Shown here: piece after piece, positions 17,425 to 24,680 of the stretch
Layout of the letters: the number at the start of each line of letters is the position of its first letter
Position numbering within the stretch: position 1 is the first letter of the stretch
Assembly: GCA_030632035.1 (NCBI GenBank)
Contig: DAOVJZ010000001.1
Span: forward strand, 1-24,680
From: Granulosicoccaceae bacterium
GTDB lineage: Bacteria; Pseudomonadota; Gammaproteobacteria; DAOVJZ01
DNA: 24,680 nt
Direction: 5' to 3'
Translations under genes and position numbers: made by a program
The notes under the pieces: generated by a model
What the model was told of the DNA's origin: nothing
Seen by the model: only the letters and a program-made list of their open reading frames with translations
Databases searched by the model: none

Positions 17425-19983
17425 GTGCTAGAGGCTTATCGCAAACATGTCGAAGAACGGGCGCAGGAAGGTTTGCCGCCGTTACCCCTTAATGAAGAAC
17501 AGGTTGTTGAACTGGTTGAGCTGGTAAAGAACCCGCCCGCGGGTGAGGAAGAGACCTTGCTGGAATTGCTGGTTCATCGAGTGCCACCCGGTGTTGATAA
17601 ATCTGCTTATGTGAAAGCCGGTCTTCTTTCGGCTATCGTAAAGGGTGAAGCAACTTCTCCACTCATTGATAAAAAACGCGCTACTGAATTGTTAGGAACC
17701 ATGTTGGGTGGATATAACATTCAGTCATTGGTTGATCTACTGGACGATAAAGAACTGGCTCCAATTGCGGCCGATGCACTTTCCAGCACCTTGCTTATTT
17801 TTGATGCCTACTATGATGTTGCCGGGAAAGCAGCCAATAACAGTTTTGCCAAACAGGTGATCGATTCATGGGCCAATGCTGACTGGTTTACCAAACGTAC
17901 ATCTATGCCGGAAGAAATTACTGTCACGGTTTTCAAAGTACCAGGTGAAACCAATACCGATGATTTGTCACCGGCCTCCGAGGCATGGAGTCGTCCCGAT
18001 ATTCCATTTCATGCCAAGGCCATGTTGATTAACAAAATGCCGAATGCGCTTAGCACTATTGATGAACTAAAAGAAAAAGGACACCCACTGGCCTATGTTG
18101 GTGATGTAGTGGGTACCGGTTCTTCACGCAAATCAGCAATCAACTCTGTACTTTGGCATATGGGTGAAGATATCCCTTATGTGCCGAACAAGCGACAGGG
18201 TGGTGTTGTACTGGGCGGCAATATTGCGCCGATCTTTTTTAATACCGCAGAAGATTCCGGTGCATTACCCATTGAATGTGATGTCACTAAAATGGAAATG
18301 GGCGATGTCATCAAGATCCGTCCCTATGATGGCAAGATCACAGATGAATCTGGTAACGAAATTTGCAGTTTTAGTTTGAAACCAGTCACTATGCCGGATG
18401 AAGTTCAAGCCGGTGGTCGTATTCCACTTATTATCGGGCGTGCGTTGACTGACAAAACCCGTGAGGCATTGGGTCTACCTGCTTCTGACGTATTCCAGCG
18501 TCCGGTTGCACCAAAGGATTCAGGCAAAGGTTATACACTGGCACAGAAAATGGTGGGTCGTGCCTGTGGTGTGGAGGGGATTCGCCCCGGTACTTATTGT
18601 GAACCCAAGATAACTACAGTGGGTTCACAGGATACAACCGGTGCCATGACTCGCGATGAACTGAAAGAACTGGCTTGTCTCGGTTTTTCTGCTGATCTGG
18701 TCATGCAGAGTTTTTGCCATACCGCTGCTTATCCAAAGCCGATTGATATTAAGCTACAGCATGAATTGCCTGAGTTTATCCAGACCCGTGGCGGTGTTGC
18801 GTTGCGTGCTGGTGATGGTGTGATCCATTCATGGCTTAACCGCATGTTATTGCCGGATACAGTAGGTACAGGTGGTGATTCACATACCCGTTTTCCGATG
18901 GGCATCAGTTTCCCGGCTGGCTCCGGCTTAGTCGCCTTTGCTGCGGCTCTGGGTGTAATGCCACTGGATATGTCTGAATCAGTGCTTGTGCGTTTCAAGG
19001 GCAAGATTCAGCCTGGTATTACCTTGCGTGATCTGGTCAATGCGATCCCTTATGTTGCGATTCAAAAAGGTTTGCTGACAGTTGAAAAACAGGGCAAGAA
19101 AAATATTTTCTCCGGTCGTATTCTTGAAATTGAAGGATTGCCTGATCTGAAAGTAGAACAGGCGTTTGAACTGTCCGATGCCTCTGCCGAACGTTCTGCC
19201 AATGGCTGTACTGTGCATTTGAACAAGGAACCAATTATTGAATACATGCAATCCAATGCGACCTTGCTGAAATGGATGATTGCCAATGGCTATGGTGATG
19301 AACGCACTATCCAACGTCGTATTGATGCTATTGAAGCATGGCTGGCTGATCCACAATTACTGGAACCGGATGCCGATGCAGAATATGCAGAAGTGATCGA
19401 GATTGATTTGAATGAAATCAAGGAACCGATCCTTGCATGCCCAAATGATCCAGATGATGTGAAACTGCTTTCCGAAGTGGCCGGTACAAAAATTGATGAG
19501 GTCTTTATCGGTTCATGCATGACCAATATTGGTCATTACCGTGCAGCAGGTAAAGTACTGGAAGACAGTGCCGGTATTCCAACACGTCTTTGGGTGGTGC
19601 CACCCACACGTATGGATGAACACCAGCTGATCGAGGAAGGTTATTACGCCATCTTTGGTAAGGCCGGTGCGCGTACCGAGATCCCGGGTTGTTCATTGTG
19701 CATGGGTAATCAGGCGCGTGTTGCCGATGGTGCAACTGTCATGTCCACTTCAACACGTAATTTCCCGAACCGCATGGGTAAAGATTCAAATGTGTATTTA
19801 GGCTCGGCGGAACTGTCTGCAGTCTGTGCCAAGCTGGGGTATTTACCTAAACCGGCTGAATATATGGAAGCCGTCAAACATCTGGAACCAATGGCGGGAG
19901 AGATTTATCGCTATCTGAACTTCCATGAAATAGCGGAATATCAGGAAGTGGCTGAAAAGGTAATCCCGGTTACTGTAGCCTGA
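17425..19983 (+). CDS. acnB: Aconitate hydratase B (aconitase/2-methylisocitrate dehydratase)
   Basis: GTG start; [17 protein letters not shown]-like N-domain, [25 protein letters not shown], Fe-S cysteines in GSCMTN and [18 protein letters not shown]. Confidence 0.98.
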   Translation: MLEAYRKHVEERAQEGLPPLPLNEEQVVELVELVKNPPAGEEETLLELLVHRVPPGVDKSAYVKAGLLSAIVKGEATSPLIDKKRATELLGTMLGGYNIQSLVDLLDDKELAPIAADALSSTLLIFDAYYDVAGKAANNSFAKQVIDSWANADWFTKRTSMPEEITVTVFKVPGETNTDDLSPASEAWSRPDIPFHAKAMLINKMPNALSTIDELKEKGHPLAYVGDVVGTGSSRKSAINSVLWHMGEDIPYVPNKRQGGVVLGGNIAPIFFNTAEDSGALPIECDVTKMEMGDVIKIRPYDGKITDESGNEICSFSLKPVTMPDEVQAGGRIPLIIGRALTDKTREALGLPASDVFQRPVAPKDSGKGYTLAQKMVGRACGVEGIRPGTYCEPKITTVGSQDTTGAMTRDELKELACLGFSADLVMQSFCHTAAYPKPIDIKLQHELPEFIQTRGGVALRAGDGVIHSWLNRMLLPDTVGTGGDSHTRFPMGISFPAGSGLVAFAAALGVMPLDMSESVLVRFKGKIQPGITLRDLVNAIPYVAIQKGLLTVEKQGKKNIFSGRILEIEGLPDLKVEQAFELSDASAERSANGCTVHLNKEPIIEYMQSNATLLKWMIANGYGDERTIQRRIDAIEAWLADPQLLEPDADAEYAEVIEIDLNEIKEPILACPNDPDDVKLLSEVAGTKIDEVFIGSCMTNIGHYRAAGKVLEDSAGIPTRLWVVPPTRMDEHQLIEEGYYAIFGKAGARTEIPGCSLCMGNQARVADGATVMSTSTRNFPNRMGKDSNVYLGSAELSAVCAKLGYLPKPAEYMEAVKHLEPMAGEIYRYLNFHEIAEYQEVAEKVIPVTVA

Positions 19984-20001
19984 TTCCCGACATTTCTTTT
20001 T

Positions 20002-20029
20002 GTGCCACACAGTTTACTGTGTGGGGCAC
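20002..20029. other. Stem-loop between the convergent acnB and fadL-like genes, lacking a downstream U-tract on either strand
   Basis: GTGC-CACACAG-TTTA-CTGTGTG-GG-GCAC. The T-run (19993-20001) precedes the stem on the plus strand, the wrong side for termination of either gene. Confidence 0.5.
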
Positions 20030-20041
20030 GCTAGTATCAAA

Positions 20042-21247
20042 TCAGAAACGGTATGTCAGCGATGCTGACAGGATGTGAATATCGGATTCATATAGTCCGT
20101 CATATGCTGCTGCCGAAGCAGTTTGGTTACGATCATCCAGCCAGACATAGGCATAGGCAAAATCCATTGTTGTCTGTGTATTCAGGTCATAACCATAACC
20201 AAATGTGATCAATTGTCTATCATTACCCGGTAGTCTTGGTGAAAAATCTTCATCATTAATAGGGGTTGGATCATAGACATAGCCAAAGCGTGCACGCATA
20301 TTTTTGCGATATTGCCATTCGACTCCAGTACGGAATGCGAGTGTGTCTGTCCAGTTTTCAGGGATAGAAGCGCTTGCACCGAGAGCAGGCAGGGTCGCCC
20401 CAGGATATTGCAGATCAATTGAGACAAATCGATCCCAGTTAGTCCAGTCCAGCTCCATACTGACAAGCCATTTATTGGTTGGATTAAAGCTGACACCAAT
20501 ATTGACAAGTTCCGGGAAAGTAATAGAAGTTGTGACACCAACTACAGTACCCGGGGCTCCTGAAAGTACACCACCAGTGGCTGTTCCACTGATATCCGCT
20601 TTTACCTTGCTTCGATAAGTAAGACCAACATTATAACCATCGCCTTTGTACATTAATGCGAGGTTATGACCCCAGCCATCACCATCGCCTTTATGATCAG
20701 CAATAAAACTATCGAGATGCACTTCAAATACATTGTAATAAGTAATACCGGCGGCCACTGAAAAATTATTATTGAGTTTATAACTAATACTTGGGTTAAG
20801 GTTAACCATACGGATTTCAGAAAAGGTAATATTGGCGGCTCCAGCACCTGCTTCACTAAAACTTGCACCTGAATTACGCCAGTTAGCGGTAAGACCAAAC
20901 GGCGCATTAATTGCCAGCCCAAATGTTACCGGCCAGTCATTTCTTTTGTAGCCCAAATAGGCATGAGGGACAAAATAAATTGATTTTTTTGCCTCGTCGG
21001 TATTACCACCAGATGTGAATTTAGTACTTGGGTTAATCAGATCAGCACCGGCTGTAATCATGTTACTTTTTTGAAAGGCCATTGCAGCAGGATTAAACCA
21101 GGCGGCAGATGCATCATCGGCAACAGCAGTATAGGCATTACCCATGCCCATTCCCTTAATACTCATTTCAGGAACCTGATAACCACCGGCAGTTGATTGT
21201 GAACTATAAACAGAAAGTGCTACCAGAACGGAAAGATACTTTCTCAT
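20042..21247 (-). CDS. OmpP1/FadL/TodX-family outer-membrane channel for hydrophobic compounds
   Basis: Signal peptide, then GGYQVPEMSIKGMGMGNAYTAVADDASAAWFNPAAM (NPA hatch motif); amphipathic beta strands; C-terminal Phe (LTYRF). Substrate unknown. Confidence 0.9.
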   Translation of the reverse strand: MRKYLSVLVALSVYSSQSTAGGYQVPEMSIKGMGMGNAYTAVADDASAAWFNPAAMAFQKSNMITAGADLINPSTKFTSGGNTDEAKKSIYFVPHAYLGYKRNDWPVTFGLAINAPFGLTANWRNSGASFSEAGAGAANITFSEIRMVNLNPSISYKLNNNFSVAAGITYYNVFEVHLDSFIADHKGDGDGWGHNLALMYKGDGYNVGLTYRSKVKADISGTATGGVLSGAPGTVVGVTTSITFPELVNIGVSFNPTNKWLVSMELDWTNWDRFVSIDLQYPGATLPALGASASIPENWTDTLAFRTGVEWQYRKNMRARFGYVYDPTPINDEDFSPRLPGNDRQLITFGYGYDLNTQTTMDFAYAYVWLDDRNQTASAAAYDGLYESDIHILSASLTYRF

Positions 21248-21275
21248 AAGGCCCCCAATGATTATTATTGGGAAT

Positions 21276-21305
21276 AGCGTATGGTGAAGCGGTTATCTAT
21301 GTCAA
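21276..21305 (-). promoter_or_regulatory. Putative sigma70 promoter TTGACA-N18-TACGCT for the fadL-like gene
   Basis: Plus-strand TGTCAA at 21300-21305 and AGCGTA at 21276-21281. Confidence 0.45.
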
Positions 21306-21353
21306 CAGATTACTAGTTTAACAGGAAAGAGTTTGCGGAAATTATTAGGGTAG

Positions 21354-21584
21354 TTAACCCTTTTTAATAAAGAAGTGATACACACCATCTTCTTCATAGT
21401 CTTCGAGTATTTCATGACCATGTTGACGACTGTATGACGGGAAATTCTTGAAGGAGCCAATATCAGTAGTGATAATATGAATTATCTGACCAGGTTCTAT
21501 GTCATGCAGGACTTTCTTGGTTTTGATAATAGGGTAAGGACAGACCATATCGGTAGTATCCAGCTCAATATCGAACTCTCTCAT
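21354..21584 (-). CDS. TusA/SirA-family sulfurtransferase, divergent
   Basis: 76 aa; LD...CPYP motif, PGQ, TTD, C-terminal HFFIKKG, typical TusA length. Confidence 0.88.
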   Translation of the reverse strand: MREFDIELDTTDMVCPYPIIKTKKVLHDIEPGQIIHIITTDIGSFKNFPSYSRQHGHEILEDYEEDGVYHFFIKKG

Positions 21585-21688
21585 TTTTATCCCTTTTATT
21601 TGTTTTTATTTAACCACCATAACTACTCCTTATTAATGGCGGCTCAATAACACTAAACCTTTAAAGTTTTGCGGGAATTGGCTAAATA

Positions 21689-22327
21689 TCAGTGCAAAAC
21701 AGGCATTTGAGAGAGCAAACTTTCAGTTATTTTCAGTGTTTTGTTACGTCCAAAAATGAGCTGCAGGCGGCCACCGCCTTTTTGACGCCAAAGAACGGTT
21801 GATCGGATCCCGGCCAATAGCAGGGTGCGAACCTTGTTGGCATTATCAGGGATCTCGAGATAGCCATGTTCACCAGAGACCATAATACGTGGTGACAGGG
21901 TGCTGATCGTGTTCTGATAAAGGTCGGCCAGACTGGCAATGATATTCTCATGTGTATGGTTACCGAAATATTCTGATTGCGCATCGGCTTTTTCTATACC
22001 CACACTGATTGTTTCAAGCATGGCAGGGTTCTTGATAAGTTTGCGTTCCAGCACCATCATGCTGATGACATAACGTGTGATTTCCATGTCTGTTTTTTTG
22101 TTATTTTTATTAAAGAGTCTTGCGATTATTTCAAGTCCATACTTCAAACCGGAAGTGCCGTCATATATATCTTCAACAGAACTGGCATTGATCTTAAAAA
22201 TGGAATGGATGCTGGTATTAAAAGCAGATTGTTCAACAGTACTTTTGCAAGCGACTTCCTGAACGAGTCCTGCCGCCTGAAATATACCGGCTAATGCAAG
22301 TATGCGGTCTGAATTAATATCAGCCAT
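21689..22327 (-). CDS. hflD: High-frequency lysogenization protein HflD
   Basis: RILALAGIFQAA, YVISMMVLERKL, LADLYQNTISTLSPRIMVSG, KVRTLLLAGIRS, WRQKGG. Start moved to the ATG at 22327 (212 aa) so it does not overlap mnmA. Confidence 0.93.
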   Translation of the reverse strand: MADINSDRILALAGIFQAAGLVQEVACKSTVEQSAFNTSIHSIFKINASSVEDIYDGTSGLKYGLEIIARLFNKNNKKTDMEITRYVISMMVLERKLIKNPAMLETISVGIEKADAQSEYFGNHTHENIIASLADLYQNTISTLSPRIMVSGEHGYLEIPDNANKVRTLLLAGIRSTVLWRQKGGGRLQLIFGRNKTLKITESLLSQMPVLH

Positions 22328-22346
22328 GATATCTTGTTGAGTTTTT

Positions 22347-23519
22347 TTATTGGTTACACGCCAATTTTGCAGAATGGGCATTCGAACTTGCAGAAGATTT
22401 ATTGACTTGTTCTTTATCTGTCAAGACGCGATTGATAACACCACCACCCAGACACTGATCATCCAGATAGAACACAATGGACTGTCCTGGTGTAATGGCG
22501 CGTTGTTGCTCATCAAACACAATGACGTATTCATTATGATCGTTACACATCAAAATAGTGCAGTCTTGATCAGCTTGACGATAACGGGTTTTAGCCTTGC
22601 ACTTAAATGGTAATTCCGGTGCTTGTTCTGTTACCCAGTGCATGTCTTCTGCAAGCAAGCTGTCAGCCAATAATAGAGGGTGATCGTGATCCTGAACCAC
22701 AACCAATTTATTGTTTTTAATGTCCTTGTCGGCCACATACCAGGGTTGACCATTACCTTCAGTAGAACCGCCAATACCCAGTCCCTGACGCTGGCCAATA
22801 GTGTAGTACATAAGGCCATTGTGTTCGCCAATTACGACACCATCGGGAGTAATGATATCACCGGGCTCTTCCGGCAAATAACGTTTCAGGAACTGATTAA
22901 AATTGCGCTCACCAATAAAACAAATCCCGGTGCTGTCTTTCTTGTCATGGTTGGCAAAGTTTTTTCTTTCAGCAATTGCACGCACTTCCTCTTTAGGCAC
23001 GTTGGCCAACGGGAAGAGGGTATGTGAAAGTTGTTTCTGATTAAGGGTGTATAGGAAATAACTTTGGTCCTTGTTGTTATCAGAACCTTTAATAAGGTAA
23101 TGATTACCATGACAGGTAATATTGCCAACATAATGACCGGTTGCAATATAATCTGCACCCAAAGTGCGGGCATGATCGAGGAAGGCTTTAAACTTGATCT
23201 CTTTATTACACATGACATCCGGGTTGGGAGTACGACCCACTTCCAGTTCTTCCAGAAAATATTCGAAAACTCGATCCCAGTATTCAGCCGAGAAATTAAC
23301 CGTGTGCAAAGGAATACCCAGTTGATCACAGACAGACTGCGCATCGGCCAGATCTTCAGCTGCAGAGCAGAGGCCTTCGCTGTCGTCTTCTTCCCAGTTC
23401 TTCATGAATAAGCCGCTCACGTCATATCCTTGCTCTTTTAAAAGCAAAGCCGCAACAGAAGAATCAACGCCGCCGGACATGCCAACAATTACGCGGGCAC
23501 CGGTATTTGGAGATGTCAT
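22347..23519 (-). CDS. mnmA: tRNA-specific 2-thiouridylase MnmA
   Basis: [11 protein letters not shown]-loop, [44 protein letters not shown]. Confidence 0.98.
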   Translation of the reverse strand: MTSPNTGARVIVGMSGGVDSSVAALLLKEQGYDVSGLFMKNWEEDDSEGLCSAAEDLADAQSVCDQLGIPLHTVNFSAEYWDRVFEYFLEELEVGRTPNPDVMCNKEIKFKAFLDHARTLGADYIATGHYVGNITCHGNHYLIKGSDNNKDQSYFLYTLNQKQLSHTLFPLANVPKEEVRAIAERKNFANHDKKDSTGICFIGERNFNQFLKRYLPEEPGDIITPDGVVIGEHNGLMYYTIGQRQGLGIGGSTEGNGQPWYVADKDIKNNKLVVVQDHDHPLLLADSLLAEDMHWVTEQAPELPFKCKAKTRYRQADQDCTILMCNDHNEYVIVFDEQQRAITPGQSIVFYLDDQCLGGGVINRVLTDKEQVNKSSASSNAHSAKLACNQ

Positions 23520-23654
23520 GGATTTAAAACCTACCTGTTTTGAGAGTGTTCTACTGTCGTCCCACGGACAGTCGTGCGCGCATTATACCCGATTTACAGG
23601 AAATCCCATGCGCTTGTGTAACCATCTGATTTTTATTGGGTTTACAGGGCGGAA

Positions 23655-24107
23655 CTAGCTTATATCAGTAATGAGATTAAGAGGATGACGAATGCCGGCT
23701 AAATAATCATCAATAGCAGAAATGACCATTGGGCTTCTTAATTTATCCTGATTTTCCATCAACTCATCTCGGGTTAGCCAGACGGCACGCAAAATACCCT
23801 CATCCAGCTCACGTTCTGGCTCATGTTTTATGGTTTTGCCATAAAAGCAGAAACGCAGGTAGGTGCAGCCATTTTCCGGATTTGGCCAGAGATACACACC
23901 TGTAATAGCCTCTGGCTCAAAATGCCAGGCAGTTTCTTCCAGCGTTTCTCGAACCACTGCATTTAACAGGGATTCGCCCTCATCAAGATGCCCGGCAGGT
24001 TGGTTGAATACCACCTTGCCTTTTGATATTTCTTCTACCATCAGGAATTTGCCATTATCTTCAATAATTGCGGCAACGACTGTATTGGGTTTCCATATTT
24101 CGCTCAT
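23655..24107 (-). CDS. nudJ: Nudix hydrolase (NudJ/YmfB-like)
   Basis: NQPAGHLDEGESLLNAVVRETLEETAW Nudix box, YLRFCF, LRSPMV; conserved position upstream of mnmA. Confidence 0.88.
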   Translation of the reverse strand: MSEIWKPNTVVAAIIEDNGKFLMVEEISKGKVVFNQPAGHLDEGESLLNAVVRETLEETAWHFEPEAITGVYLWPNPENGCTYLRFCFYGKTIKHEPERELDEGILRAVWLTRDELMENQDKLRSPMVISAIDDYLAGIRHPLNLITDIS

Positions 24108-24145
24108 AATTCGTTGGAGTATACCAGCTATCAGTCTGTTAACGA

Positions 24146-24174
24146 TTGCACCGCGTTTTCAGGTGGTTTATGCT
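24146..24174 (+). promoter_or_regulatory. tRNA promoter TTGCAC-N17-TATGCT with a GC-rich discriminator
   Basis: TTGCAC 24146-24151, TATGCT 24169-24174, followed by TGCGCC, as is typical of stringently controlled stable-RNA promoters. Confidence 0.65.
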
Positions 24175-24221
24175 TGCGCCAGTTGATGATCGGCCCGCGA
24201 AAACGTGGGCCTTTTCATTCC

Positions 24222-24311
24222 GGAGAGATGGCCGAGTGGTCGAAGGCGCACGCCTGGAAAGTGTGTAAACGTTAATTCGTTTCGAGGGTTCGAATCCCTC
24301 TCTCTCCGCCA
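24222..24311 (+). tRNA. tRNA-Ser(GGA), 90 nt, class II long variable arm
   Basis: Acceptor stem GGAGAGA/TCTCTCC+GCCA; anticodon arm CACGC-CTGGAAA-GTGTG (GGA at 24256-24258); variable arm AAACG/CGTTT; T-loop GTTCGAATC. Confidence 0.98.
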
Positions 24312-24357
24312 TAAAAACAAAAAAGCCCCTTAGTTGGGGCTTTTTTGTTTTTATGGC
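24308..24357 (+). terminator. Intrinsic (potentially bidirectional) terminator after tRNA-Ser, within a 22-bp perfect inverted repeat
   Basis: GCCATAAAAACAAAAAAGCCCC-TTAGTT-GGGGCTTTTTTGTTTTTATGGC. Confidence 0.85.
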
Positions 24358-24552
24358 AATGTTCGTTTCATCAATTTAGTCCATGTTTAAATCAACAATA
24401 ATATTGTGATATCATAACCAAACAATAATAAAGAATAAATTGTATGAAAAGAGTAATGGGGCTTATACGCAAGTTTTTTTGTCAAACTTTTCTGTTTGCT
24501 ATCCATCGCCTTCGGCTAACACAAAGAATATAAACTCCTGAGAGGAATTGGT

Positions 24553-24680
24553 ATGAACAAACTTCACCTATTTGCTGTAGCGGTAGTGTTGCTATGGTCG
24601 GCATTTACTATTACAAATGTTAATGCCTCTTTGAGCGCGGAAGAGATTATGGAGAAAGCTCATCATATGGTGCTTTATCA
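24553..24680 (+). CDS. Exported protein, N-terminal fragment (possibly LolA-like/outer-membrane lipoprotein-sorting family)
   Basis: SD GAGGA at 24542-24546; MNKLHLFAVAVVLLWSAFTITNVNA signal peptide, then SLSAEEIMEKAHHMVLY, open to the edge. The family guess rests only on the 'sAeEImeKa' start. Confidence 0.6.
   Translation, partial: MNKLHLFAVAVVLLWSAFTITNVNASLSAEEIMEKAHHMVLY

Noticed and set aside
22328-22381. ORF-track start of hflD at 22381
   Set aside because: Overlaps the mnmA 3' end by 35 nt; the ATG at 22327 gives the usual HflD length and N-terminus.
24444-24533. 29-aa ORF MKRVMGLIRKFFCQTFLFAIHRLRLTQRI downstream of the tRNA
   Set aside because: No SD; lies in what looks like the promoter region of the gene at 24553.
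24312-24680. Genomic island or prophage integrated at tRNA-Ser
   Set aside because: No integrase and no duplicated tRNA 3' end in the window; only 370 bp is visible, so it cannot be supported or excluded.

Overview
Mostly core chromosome of a Gammaproteobacterium (lineage inferred from gene order and protein style; no database search run). Left arm: partial DUF2062-like gene (-), divergent from comEC-exbB-exbD-msbA-lpxK-ycaR(Trm112-like, 59 aa, missed by the ORF track)-kdsB-ptpA (+). Next is a 254-bp gap holding a candidate ~73-nt antisense sRNA with its own sigma70-like promoter, a C-rich anti-Shine-Dalgarno loop and a terminator. Then a three-gene gnnA-gnnB-lpxA-like cassette that predicts a 2,3-diamino-glucose (amide-linked) lipid A backbone. 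Middle: a two-gene minus-strand unit (170-aa unknown protein plus a stand-alone 283-aa mini-secretin-like protein), an AT-rich membrane-bound GGDEF-EAL gene, purB, acnB, a FadL/OmpP1-family channel and a divergent TusA-family protein. Right arm: hflD-mnmA-nudJ (-), tRNA-Ser(GGA) with unusual flanking hairpins, and the start of an exported protein. No integrase, transposase, CRISPR array or rRNA was seen. Best leads: the anti-SD sRNA, the gnnAB-lpxA cassette and the orphan mini-secretin operon.
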